NCBI GenBank assembly: GCA_951406725.2 | Contig: OX597819.1 | Coordinates: 25,482,001 to 25,546,000, forward strand | Reading direction: 5' to 3' | Length of the DNA: 64,000 nt | Origin: Octopus vulgaris | Lineage: Eukaryota | Part shown: positions 40,501 through 52,730 of the stretch, one piece after another | How the letters are laid out: each line of letters opens with the position of its first letter | Numbering within the stretch: position 1 is the first letter of the stretch | Notes under the pieces: model-generated | What the model was told of the DNA's origin: nothing | What the model saw: only the letters and a program-made list of their open reading frames with translations | Databases searched by the model: none | Position numbers and translations under genes: made by a program

Positions 40501-42336
40501 GAGAAGCAGAAGATAAATGTCTCAAAGTGGCAGTGGAATACCTAAATAGATATTTCTGCTAATCTGAGCAACATCAGTAGCAAGCATATCGAATCAAATG
40601 CGTGCTGAGAAAAATTTAGCTTACATCAATAAAGAAAAACAGTGATTAACAAACTCCTGCTACACAACCTTTTCCCTGTAAAAGCCTGTCTACTTTGTAA
40701 GCCATTTGACGCGTACGCTGCAATGAATATCTTTTGTAAGGAGCAAAACGGGTTCGAAATTCTGTACTTTGATGTATGTTTATAATTATGGTCCTTCAAG
40801 TGTTTAATATGGCATTTTGAAAGAATTTCAGTGAATTTAGGAATACGTAATCTTGAAATGAGACCAAAGTTCTTTGAAGAAGAATAACTGAACCTAAGTT
40901 GTCAGTGAAGAAGCATGTTGGTCTTTCATCGTGTGAAGTTTGGCCAGAAGTTACTCATTTATAGAAGCTGTAAAATAGAATAGCAATGATAATTTTATCT
41001 AGTAAGTAAATAGAAAAATACAGACGTAAACATACATATATGTGAGCATGTGTATATAAATATGTACATGCACAAATGTAAAGAGAAAAAGAGAGAGGGG
41101 GAGGGAGAGGGCGAGAAAGTGAGAAAGAGAGACAGACAGACAGGCAGAAATTGTGAAAGACACAGGGCTGCTGTAAATGATGTCTGACTGCATGCCATTT
41201 GACCTTGTTTTTTCTATCTTAGTCTTGGACTTACAAATATGTTGTAAGCGAAATTAGTTGACAGAAAGAATGCAAAAACACGCATGTATATATATATATG
41301 ATTATTATTATATATATGTAAAAAATACAAAATGGGACAAGAACGCAAAACATGCGGACAGTTAGGTGATACAAAAATAGGACAACAAAACATCCACATA
41401 GACGATACAAAGAAAACAAGGACGGGTCATTCGAAGTTTTCTTTCCTCGGTCGAGTACCAGATTATTTTCGCAAGTTCGGCTGATAATACTTGAAATTGC
41501 TCCAATCTGGCCAGCCCCTAGGAAAAACTAAGCTAAGAGCACTAGATTCCCTGGAAGAAAGCAGCGAATGTATACAAAAACGAGGACGGAAAAAACGGAC
41601 AATGTTACACAAATACAATAAATATAATAGCAGGACATAACAACAGGTGTCTTTCGACTAAGAACGAATTAAATTAAACTGGCGTGTGTGGAAATGAAGC
41701 CTTACGCCAAGGATAAAATGTATCACAAACCCAGGGAGGAATATCGATGTTGCATGGGCAACGGCCAGACCAAGTATAATTGAGGGTACACCAAGTACCA
41801 GCGTTGCTAGAAATAAGAGTCAAAGAAACCACCATTTCATTGAAAATTCAACAGGCTGACGAACATCGAAGAACGAGCAAAATGATATTGTTGCTATGTT
41901 ATTGTGGTTATGTTATTGTTCTTATTATTCATTAATAGTAACAATAATATATTTATTTATTATTGTCTAATTATACACTGATGTCGTTTGAATTTGGCGA
42001 TGGTCTTCCAACAATTTATACAGGCATGACAAAGCAACTAGGAATTTAACCCTTGGCAACAACGAAATATATTGATATGAATTTAAGAGAATATCTCAAA
42101 AATACATCCAAATACTAAGCGAACAAAGATGAACCATCCCTCTTCCATTGCGCGCGCACACACGCACGCACAAACACACACACGCACACACACACACACA
42201 CAAACACACACATACACATTCACATATCCTCGTTTTACATACACACACACACATATTCACACAGAGTTGAAACGCTGTTTGACTTATTTTTTCAGCGTAA
42301 AATGTTCATCATCACCCCTTCTTTCCTTATTCATCT

Positions 42337-42510
42337 ATCACCCCTTTCTTTCTCATTCATAAACACGAGTATTATTGTAGTAGATTATCTCGGTAACCAT
42401 GGGAACTATGAAAAATATGACATCACCCTTTCTTTTCTCATTCATAAACACAAGAGTATTACCATAGTAGATTATCTCGGTAACCTTGGGAGCTATGAAA
42501 AAAATACGAA
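42337..42510. repeat. Diverged ~85-bp tandem duplication containing an X-box
   Basis: ATCACCC...TAGATTATCTCGGTAACC(A/T)TGGGA(A/G)CTATGAAAAA occurs twice. Confidence 0.85.
42393..42406. promoter_or_regulatory. RFX X-box motif GTAACCATGGGAAC
   Basis: Fits GTNRCC-AT-RGNAAC; function unproven. Confidence 0.4.
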
Positions 42511-42810
42511 GCCCAACATCACCACCGGATCATTCTACACATCTGTGTAATTGTGTAATTTTTCGCGCAATTCCACCCCGCCGTTTGACCGTGAATCCCA
42601 AGATAAGAAAGAATCACCCATGTCAAATTTATATGTATAGATTATATTACTAGTTATGGAAAAATTATAAAATTTTCCAGTTTTATTTTTTTTGCTTGTA
42701 ATTGGTTATGGTATATTTATCAATGTTGTATGTATGTATATATGTATGTTAGTATATATGTATATATGCATTTATGTATGTATATATGTATATATGTATG
42801 TAATGTGACA

Positions 42811-43008
42811 ACGTGTGTACCGTTAACGATTTTTTTTCCTCCGTCTTCCCTTCTTTGGATCTTTCCTTTTCCTATGTTTCTAACGAAGATCTCCGCTCGA
42901 AACGTTAAACCCTCCTTTCCTTCTTTCCTGCGCGTCCAATAACACTATACTTGTTCCACGTCCTCACGTTGTTGTGCTTTCTCTTTGTGTTTTCATGTTT
43001 GAATTAAC
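42811..43008 (+). mobile_element. Family E copy (hammerhead core mutated to CTAACGA) ending at (TA)n
   Basis: Homologous to 39995-40192. Confidence 0.75.
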
Positions 43009-43029
43009 TATATATATATATATGTATGC

Positions 43030-43111
<82 letters not shown>

Positions 43112-45004
43112 ATAATGTTCCATCATCTAGCTTTCGATGCATATACATGTGTGTGCGTAAATATATATTTACACATACACACACATTATATATATATATA
43201 TATGTTTGTGTATGTGTATCTAATTCGTGTCATGCCTGTATTATGTTTCTTCCCGACGTTAAATTCATCTTGTGAGATAATCTATTTAAGAACCTATCAT
43301 AATATTGTTAATGGTTGATGAATACATATTTATCGTTCTGTTATTGTCATTTAGTTGCATTATAAGCACTTGAAAGTGTCTCAAGATATGTTATAACCAA
43401 ATTAGTAACACTAAGTATTACCATACATTGTACTTTAATGCATCACACACTGCACTATTTCCACAATTAGGACAAGCACACGAGTGATTAATCAGACTAT
43501 TTTGCAAGTTAAACCGATTCTTGTTTTCGAGTAATTAAAACCAATTATTTTCTAGTAACCTAAGCAATGTCCCTATTTTCATTTTAAAAACCATTATCAT
43601 GAGAACACTGAAGTTAGAAATATTTTAATTGACTCTGTAGTGGGTTTGTTCTATCTTGAGGCACCAAAGTGAAGTGAAGAAATAACGTGCAATCTCCTTT
43701 ATTGTGTAGTTGTACAAACCATGTGTCTCTTGCTAGGTTTTTGCATTAATAGCTGCATTTCGTTGCTTGGAGATATTGAGAATTACCATCCAAAATGTTT
43801 AGGAATGCATAATAAAGACGACTATTTGATATCGACACGAAATAATAATTATCGGTGATGTGTTTTTAAGTTTTAGTTGAGACATAATCGAAGAAATATG
43901 AAGTATTAGGAGTGATTCAATGTCATACGCTTCAGTCGAAGAATGGCATAGAAAACAGAAACTTAAAGAATAAGGTCTTAAATAAAGATAAAAAATCATC
44001 AACGATAAAATAATCTGAAGATGTTTATCAGCATTGAACAACACATGTAGAACAACCTGAAAATTTAGCTAGATTGTAGGGTAGTATCTGAAGAAAATTG
44101 AGTTTCAACTTTTTGCTGTTCTAGCGAGCACTTAGAGGTTTCTTTGCATAAAATGGTTAAATGAGGAACAAGAAAAAAAATTAATAATGACAGATATTTG
44201 CATCCATCATAAATCACACAACTGACTGCATATCACTAGGGAAATTAGCGGCGTTATGACATCAATAACCACCACAGAAGCAACAGCAGTTACAACAACT
44301 GCCTCACCACACTGCATGTTATAATGGAAATCTCAAATCATATGCCCACGCGGCAATACCAAGCGAACATCCTTAACAAGCATAAAAAAATAAACAACCA
44401 AAAGTTACAAAAAGATAAAGTACGAAAGGAAAAATTACGAATCTTCTTTCCTAATTATTACCCCCTTTTTTATCCTCAGATACTGCAAAAATCAATGGAG
44501 AAATTTAAAAGCTTGAAGACTCGGTACCAGAAGCATTCATAACGTAGACTTTAAGTTTTCAGAGGTGGAAGTAGTATATATCAAACTGTCTCACTTCTCT
44601 GCAGGAACGTGGTTTACTCTTTGTATACTTCCTTATGCCTTTTTTCTGTATTGTTACCCATAAACCTATTTTTTCTTGTGCTTGTGCGTATGTAGACGTA
44701 TGTATGAACTTTTAAGGTGCGTGTGTGTGTGTGGGTTTGTATGTATATGCATATACATTTGGCGAAAGATGCAAAGGAAGATGCTTACGTTTTGCGAGTG
44801 AGGGTGGGTGAATGTATGCGTACACACGTAGGTGTGCGGGCGTACATGTGTACGTATTAACAGGCACGCTTACGCGTATGCTATGGACTTTTTACCCCCT
44901 TACCTTAATCAGCAGTCATTCGAATAGCGCTTTTGTCTCAATAGTGGTCAATGATACAGTAATTTCCCTTTGTATAACGGTCATTTTTCATAGCGTTTTT
45001 CCGA

Positions 45005-45078
45005 TGGCCGGATAACTGAAGAGATTGTGGTGTGGATTTCCACCTCGGCATCCGAAACTCAGAGTTTTATCTTGGCTA
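45005..45078 (+). ncRNA. Type I hammerhead ribozyme fold (PLE-associated)
   Basis: Stem I GATAA/TTATC extended by TGGCC/GGCTA; CTGAAGA 45016-45022; stem II GAT/ATC with GTGG/CCAC; GAAA 45054-45057; stem III CTC/GAG; GUU triplet. Confidence 0.72.
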
Positions 45079-45206
45079 CCGAATAATTGTCACATATTAC
45101 ATTTACAGATAAATTTCTCTATTTACATAATATTGTGATCTCTTTCTTTCTTTTGATCTTACCGTTTTTACCAATAAATATACATATATATATGTATGTA
45201 TGTATG

Positions 45207-45267
<61 letters not shown>

Positions 45268-45269
<2 letters not shown>

Positions 45270-45636
45270 AATATTAGGGAATAAATCCAAACTTACAGGG
45301 AAAAATCAGATTTAGGATTGAATCCAATTTATAGTAAAATATTATATTATATAAATTAGAGACAAAACCACTATTATGCAAATCAAACAATATTAGTCAT
45401 TTCAAATATCTATATAAGTAGATATAGACTAAAATGGATATTAGAATATGGATTTTATTTTAGATTTGAAACCACCTGAAGAATGTCTACTACTCAAAGA
45501 TGTGATGAAAAGAAGACATGAAACGATCGTAGTGGATATTAATAATTGTTAAATTTCTAAAATATATAAATTAATTTATGTATTGGATTAAGTCTTTCTT
45601 TGTTTGATTTGCATAATAGTGGTTTTGCCTCTAATT

Positions 45637-45645
<9 letters not shown>
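45268..45645 (+). mobile_element. PLE-like remnant with inverted terminal segment, inserted in (TA)n
   Basis: 46-bp inverted repeat (45345-45390 / 45600-45645, 1 mismatch) encloses the hammerhead; (TA)n on both sides. Confidence 0.7.
45472..45535 (+). ncRNA. Type I minimal hammerhead ribozyme with intact core
   Basis: CCAC-CTGAAGA-ATGTCT...AGACAT-GAAA-CGATCG-TA-GTGG. GUA cleavage triplet, predicted cut after 45531. Confidence 0.85.
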
Positions 45646-45700
<55 letters not shown>

Positions 45701-45729
45701 GTATATATATATATATCTCTATATATATA

Positions 45730-45948
45730 TGTTGCGATGTTGGGGGGACAAACACAGACACACAAACATATACACATACATACATATATATTCATGTATA
45801 TATACGACGGGCTTCTTTCAGTTTCCGTCTACCAAATCTATTGACAAGGCTTTGGTCGGTCCGAGGCTATAGCAGAAGACACTTGCCCAAGGTGCCACGT
45901 AGTGGGACTGAACCCGGAACCATGTGGTTGATAAATAAGCTACTTACC
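45730..45948 (-). mobile_element. SINE family B 5' half
   Basis: Family match. Confidence 0.85.
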
Positions 45949-46154
45949 ATTTCTGACATTCATCGTAGATATGAGCATAATTGGTTATTATTTGTGTATT
46001 TCATTGTTTTCCCCTGTTTTTCCATCCCTTCTGTTTTTAGTCATCGTGTTGTGTGGTGTGGTGGCGGTGATGGGTGTTATTGTTCCTTTCGTGTTTTCTG
46101 TTGTAGCTCGGTCTCTCTATTGGTATGTATGTGGTAGCTAAGATAAAACTAATA

Positions 46155-46374
46155 AGGCGGCGAGCTGGCAGAATCGTTAGCACGCCAGACGAAATGCTTT
46201 GCGGTACTTCGTCTGCCGCTACGCTTGCAGTTCAAGTTCCACAGAGGTCGACTTTACCTTTCATCCTTTCGCGGTCGATTAGGTAAGTACCAGTTACGCA
46301 CTGGGGTCGATATAATTGACTTAATCCGTTTGTCCTCTCTGTGTTTAGCCCCTTGTGGGTAGTAAAGAAATAGG
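46155..46374 (+). mobile_element. SINE family A
   Basis: Family match. Confidence 0.9.
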
Positions 46375-46901
46375 CATGTGTGTAGCCTCTGTTCTATGCG
46401 TAGATAATACCTAAATTAAGGGTCAAGAAAAGCAGCAGCAGTAGTAATATCAGAGGAAATGTGAGGGGAAGGTCACAATACTACTATGATAAGGATGACA
46501 ACAATATAAAAGGCATAAACCCATATATACACGCATAAGCACACTTGCAAAATACATTGACGTACATGCACTCCCCCCACACAAGCACACACACAAATGT
46601 ACACATACATATGTAGACACAAACACACACAAATACAGACGCAAACGCATGCGCATATTAGGATACCCATCATAGAAGGACAGAGTGGTCTCTGTCACTG
46701 CAGCGGTCACAGATGTGTGATGAAAGATTTCCGGACAATGGACATGACTTAACATAAGAGCAAACAGAAACGAGTGAAGAACGAATATATAGTGCGCGTG
46801 TTGATTTGTCAATAAATAAAGAAATAAAGAACGAAAGAAAGAAAGAAAAGCACACCCGTAATATAATATCTGTTTCAACACACGGTCCCACAACAGGAAA
46901 C

Positions 46902-46964
<63 letters not shown>

Positions 46965-47152
46965 CATAAATTTAAAAATAAGGATAAAATCTTTATAAGA
47001 AATTATCAGTGGTTAGCGTGAAAATCCTCGTAAGAGAAAAAATGTGTAAATTTTTCCACTTTGAAAATATTTATTTATATTATATAGAGGGTACTATTAT
47101 TCATAGGTACTGCACGCTAGGAGGGACTTTTGCAGTCAAAACTACTAAAATA

Positions 47153-47200
<48 letters not shown>

Positions 47201-47220
47201 TATGTATATGCATACATGCA

Positions 47221-47300
<80 letters not shown>

Positions 47301-47301
<1 letters not shown>

Positions 47302-48059
47302 GAGCTAAATACCCCCTCACCGTCCAATGGACGATGCTGAGTTGTCAAACATTTAAACCAAATTTTCTCAAAACAACTTGTCCGACCGTCCCATAGGCCT
47401 CCCCTTTGAGAAAAACTGATTTGACCTAAATTTGAGACACCAGCAAAAGAAGAAATAAAGATAGACTTATTTTTATTCCAAGGAAAAACGATTTTATTCA
47501 TACAAATATGCAACCGAAGAGTTTAAAGTGCCAGTAATGATAAGGCTGTAGACTGGGAAAACACAAACATGGTTTAAACAGTTCTTTTCATTAAAAAATA
47601 ATTAAACATGCCTTTATTTCAATAACATTTTTGGTTTTGTTAAGCGAAGTTAAGGCAAAAAAAAAATTCCTCTTGAGAAACCAAATAGTCTTTCCTTCCT
47701 GCGTGCAAAGTTTGAAGAAAATATCTCTTTTGCATATTACGTTTTTGGTCTCTTAAATATACCGCATTTTGTTGCATTAGTTCAAGCCAGCCGGCATGTT
47801 TACGCAAACTGCACGTGCATTTTTCTCGCGTACGCGTAGAATCGATCGCAACAGCTGATGTACTTGCGCGTACAAATGCACATTCCCACGGCTTTATCGA
47901 TCGCATTCTCACCTGGAATCGACTTTTGTAATTTTTTCAAGATTTATACACGCCCTGATACCGTCGGTATCTACATATCAAATTCGAGCGCAATCAGATG
48001 GAGGATGCCCGAGACCCTAAAAGACACACACACAAACAGAACGGATTTTATATAATAGA
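47301..48059 (-). mobile_element. Non-autonomous Helitron-like element (family H)
   Basis: 5' A|TCTATTATATAAAA start; 3' hairpin CGTCCATTGGACG and CTCA|T end; homologous to 28299-28950. Confidence 0.78.
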
Positions 48060-48089
48060 TATGTTTATATGTATGTATATATATATAAT

Positions 48090-48790
48090 AGCTATTTTTA
48101 GAATCTCCGACAGAAATTAACATATTAACTACTAAATAGTAATATTTGCTACCCCTTTCACTGTTCCATGCAGAACAAACGTTACTACATTTTAACGCCA
48201 GGAAAATATCTTTTTCCCGCGGGATATTGACACACAACCTGTGTGTTTACTGCAAGTAAAGGAGCGAATCGCTCCCACTCCCACTCCAGCATAGCAAGAC
48301 CTGTAGACCAGCTGGTTTCTGGGTGTATTCACTTCCTCGGTATTGGACGCCTACCTGCTAGAGATGACAGCTATTCTGGTGTTAAAATGTAGCAACATTC
48401 GTTCTGCATAGAAGAGCCACGTAAATGTAGAAACGAACACTACTGTTTAATATGGTTAATATGTGAGTCTCTTTCAGAGATTTTAAAACCACGACATTTG
48501 CTTGTTGCAAGATCAGCAACTGATTGTCGCTTCTTTATTTATATATCGTGAGTAGGGGCGGATAGCTGCCACCTCTAGCTGGCAAGCGTCCAGTACCTAG
48601 GATGGAAATGCACCCTTGGTCTACTGTTCTTACTTTGCTGGCTTGGGAGTGGTCCGCTCCCTTACACGCAATAAAACATACACTGGTTATATTTCGTTAA
48701 TCAGCGAGTAAAAAGGATTTCCTTGGCTTAAAATGTAGTAACATCGGTTCTGCATGGAGCAGCCACGTAAAAGTAGTAACAGACTTTACT
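48090..48790. repeat. Old foldback/MITE-like inverted-repeat structure (A-B-A'-B'-A')
   Basis: 48090-48205 is inverted relative to 48375-48490 and 48720-48785; 48240-48376 is inverted relative to 48563-48683. Confidence 0.7.
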
Positions 48791-48828
48791 ATGTGTGTGT
48801 GTCAGTGTGTGTGTGTGTGTGTGTGTGT

Positions 48829-48865
<37 letters not shown>

Positions 48866-49852
48866 CGTGCGTGCGTGTGTGTGTCTGTAATTACATATAG
48901 GTGCATATGTATATGTGAGTGCATCATACGTTGATGTATATCGCCAAAGGGCGTCAGTATTGCTGCAAAAACCGAAAAACGGAAACGGTACATTATTTAC
49001 GAAGACCATTGATATATCGTCTTGTATATCGTGTTACAATGATTCCTTAATATTCATGCTGCTGGAAATATAATGAAGCAATGGTTGGTCTGTTGTAAAA
49101 TTGTAAACAACAACATAGTTTTTCACAGCTTGAGATATGAAATAAATGTATCAATAAATAAATAAATACGGTTATGTATATCACTACTGTGACGACGACG
49201 ACGACAACGACAGTGATAAGATATCGATGTCAATGTCTTTGCGATGTGAAACATCAATATATTAGTAATTTCAGTGATTCATCGTCGATGATATTTCTCT
49301 AGAACTTATTAATTTTCTCGCTAAAAGCTTTTCCATTTTCAACTGGATTATGGGATTGTTATTCAAGCCTGACTAGTTTCACACTCAATATTGTGGCCTC
49401 AAGTTGTGACCGTGTAATCAACGATCAACGTGACTGTTTTAATCATAGCGTTTGTCAAGAAAGACGACGACAAAGGAAGATCGTATCGTGTCGGTAGGCA
49501 TTCTTAAGATGAACTTTGAATCAACAGTAGTACTATGGTAGAAATATCAGTTGTAAAAAGGTCAAGATGCAGGAGAGAATGTCACCAAATACACCGAGTG
49601 TTTATTAGACCAAAGGGAATTCTATTGAAATATCTATAACGGGTGTTGAACATTTAACATGACTGTCAGAAACATTTAAGAAATGATTTGAATGACGTCA
49701 TGAAGATATTTGCGTACAACTTTGTCATCTATAATGGATTTATATAATTATAATATGAATGACAATCAGTATGATATTTGCATTTATTTATTGAAATCTT
49801 TGTTTTACAAGTTCTTTTGTGTAATTATTCGTTCTGCGACACTTCCTCGAAC

Positions 49853-50245
49853 TTCCTCGGAATTTGTACTCAGAACGTAAAGACAGACGAAATACCTATT
49901 TCTTTACAACCCACAAGGGGCTAAACACAGAGGAGACAAACAAGGACAGACAAAACGGATGAAGTCGATTATATCGACCCCAGTACGTGACTGGTACTTA
50001 ATTTAATCGACCCCGAGAGGATGAAAGGCAAAGTCGACCTCGGCGGAATTTGAACTCAGAACGTAGCGGCAGACGAAATAACTATTTCTTTACTACCCAC
50101 AAGGGGCTAAACACAGAGGAGACAAACAAGGACAGACAAACGGATGAAGTCGATTATATCGACCCCAGTACGTGACTGGTACTTAATTGATCGACCCCGA
50201 GAGGATCAAAGGCAAAGTCGACTTGGGCGAAATTTGGACTCAGAA
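49853..50245 (-). mobile_element. SINE family A multimer (truncated)
   Basis: Two tail-to-internal junctions at ~49895 and ~50082. Confidence 0.9.
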
Positions 50246-50936
50246 CCTTGATGCAACAAAATATTGTACTTCTCTCAATTTATTGTCTGCCCTTAGACAA
50301 ATAATAATTCGTGATTAAAACATTTTAATTATTTAATCAGAGGAGGAAAAACTGCCCATCAAACTTATCAGGTGGTTTGAGATGGATGAGAGGAATATAA
50401 AAAGATTTTCTCAGAATGAACGCCAGTTTCAATACGTACAATTTTCTAAAGTCATCCAAAAATCAGATGAGAAATCAGGTAACGATTAAACATTTACTGT
50501 AAATGACCCATACACCTATATAACCGAATGCAGTAAGCTTTTAATGAATACCGAAAGCCAGTAACAGTTTGCTTCTCTAATCAATAATAGAACTGCAAGA
50601 GTTAGGAGTGTTTATCTAGTTTGCATTGCTGAATTGCAACAAGTCCTGCGATTACATACAGTTCACTGAGGTAAAGATACCACCAAAGCTTCTTTGAAAT
50701 GTGGTTGTATGATTTACCACAGCTTCAAAAGTCAACAAGTTTCTCAAAATCAAGCTTTCACTATTGACAAATTTATCTCGCTTTAATCAGTATATAAATG
50801 ATTGGTTTATAGTGTTTAGTAATCGACTTTCATATATATATATATATAGGCATGCATGATTGTCTGCGCCTTTATGTGTATTTGTATATTTGCGTGTCTG
50901 TAAGTATATGTGAGTGTGTATATATATATATATATT

Positions 50937-51160
50937 CTCTCTTTTTCTCTTTTACTTGTTTCAGTCATTTGACTGCGGCCATGCTGGAGCACTGCCTTTA
51001 GTCGAGCAAATCGACCCCGAGACTTATTCTTTGTAAGCTCAGTACTTATTCTATCGGTCTCTTTTGCCGAGCCGCTAAGTGACGGGGACGTAAACACACC
51101 AGCATCAGTTGTCAAGCAATGCTGGGGGGTCAAACACAGACACACAAACACACACACATA
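50937..51160 (-). mobile_element. SINE family B 3' half
   Basis: Family match. Confidence 0.88.
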
Positions 51161-51254
51161 CACATATAATCTATCTATCTATCGGTTTATTTTTCCTTAG
51201 TGTAATGATAGCAAATAAGTCGAAACTTCGAGATCACAGGCAAACTTTTCCTTG

Positions 51255-51286
<32 letters not shown>

Positions 51287-51322
51287 CATATACATACATA
51301 AATACATACATATATATATATA

Positions 51323-51379
<57 letters not shown>

Positions 51380-51490
51380 AATACACACACACTATCTATC
51401 TATCTATCTATCGGTTTATTTTTCCTTAGTGTAATGATAGCAAATAAGTCGAAACTTCGAGATCACAGGCAAACTTTTCGTTGTATATAT

Positions 51491-51565
<75 letters not shown>

Positions 51566-52105
51566 ACAACTATAATCAAGTAATAATATATTTTCGATAC
51601 GGTATCAATACAGATTAAAAGATGATTATTCAATACTGGTTGATAGGATGAAGTGCGCGCGCACCCACATAAACATAAACACATTTATACAAAGAAAGAA
51701 ATATGCATACACAAGCTGAAGGCAAATGTATGTGTGCTTCGTGTGTGTGTGTGTGTGTATTTTGACCAGCTTCTCATATACCAGGTTGAAAGCGCTATGC
51801 GTCGGAGGAGTTGATGTTATCAACAACACAATTTCCATCAATGATGATTCGTTTTGGTAAAACAGTTTTTGTCAAACAAATACACCTGCAAACGAATTGA
51901 TAAATTCAAACAATGATACATCACTTGTTCACAGAAATATTGTTTCCCAATTGCGCATTTTATATTCTAGGTTTCCAAATCCTACGCTTCGTCATATCTA
52001 GCCTAGAACTATAATATCAGCTACTATCGACTTATGCTGCTAAGGGAATTGAGATACGCAGGCCGTTTATGATTGATCAGTAAGACAATATCTGAAGAAA
52101 ATGTG

Positions 52106-52119
52106 GTTGCCTAGGTTAC
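52106..52119. promoter_or_regulatory. RFX X-box motif (GTAACCTAGGCAAC on -)
   Basis: Near-palindromic X-box consensus match in non-repetitive-looking DNA. Confidence 0.4.
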
Positions 52120-52526
52120 CAGAAGGGATTTATGTGCAGCGTTATAAGGGAAATACTGGACAGTAATTTCCGTTTGTTTTCCCTTGTTTCATGTTTTCAG
52201 TGATTTTTTGTGCACGTATTTAACTTACATGAAGTAGAAGAAGGAAAGATGGCGAATATCAACTTAGCTGAAGCTACGAAATATTGTGCTATCAATTAGA
52301 AAATTGTGTGTTCACATCCTATGTTGATATTATTCAGTTTCGGACGATTTTCGTCGGTTGCTGATATATTTCCCGGTAATGGTATAATGATACGATCTCG
52401 TGACGAGATAAAGTAGTTCATTAGGCTTTTAATTATGTTTAATTATGTTTTAAGCATGTTATGCAAATTACTATTTTAAACTAAAACCGCTTCTGTCCAG
52501 CATAACGAATTTTCATCATATATCTA

Positions 52527-52594
52527 TCCTCATATAGTGGTTAGGATTCCTGGCTCTCACCCAGGCGGCCCGGGTACGATTCCCGGCAAGGGAA
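52527..52594 (+). pseudogene. tRNA-Glu(CTC) pseudogene
   Basis: TAGTGGTTAGGATT-CCTGG-CT-CTC-AC-CCAGG-CGGC-CCGGG-TACGATT-CCCGG-CAAGGGAA. 5' acceptor/D stem damaged; T-loop GTAC instead of GTTC. Confidence 0.85.
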
Positions 52595-52604
52595 CGTATT
52601 CTTT

Positions 52605-52730
52605 AGACCGATAGAATAAGTACTAGGCTAACAAAGAATAAGTCCTAGGGTCGATTTGCTAGACTAAAGGCGGTGCTCCAGCATGGTCGCAGTCACATAA
52701 CTGAAACAAGTAAAAGAGTAAACGAGTATA
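52605..52730 (+). mobile_element. SINE family B 3' fragment
   Basis: Family match directly after the tRNA. Confidence 0.88.

Noticed and set aside
41420-41460. Degenerate hammerhead-like motif on - (CCGAGGA-AAG-AAAA-CTT-CGAA)
   Set aside because: Core and stem III non-canonical; no second copy in the window for support.
48568-48584. CTCF-like motif (AGAGGTGGCAG on -)
   Set aside because: 5' half mismatches the consensus, it lies within a repeat, and it is not preserved in the inverted copy.
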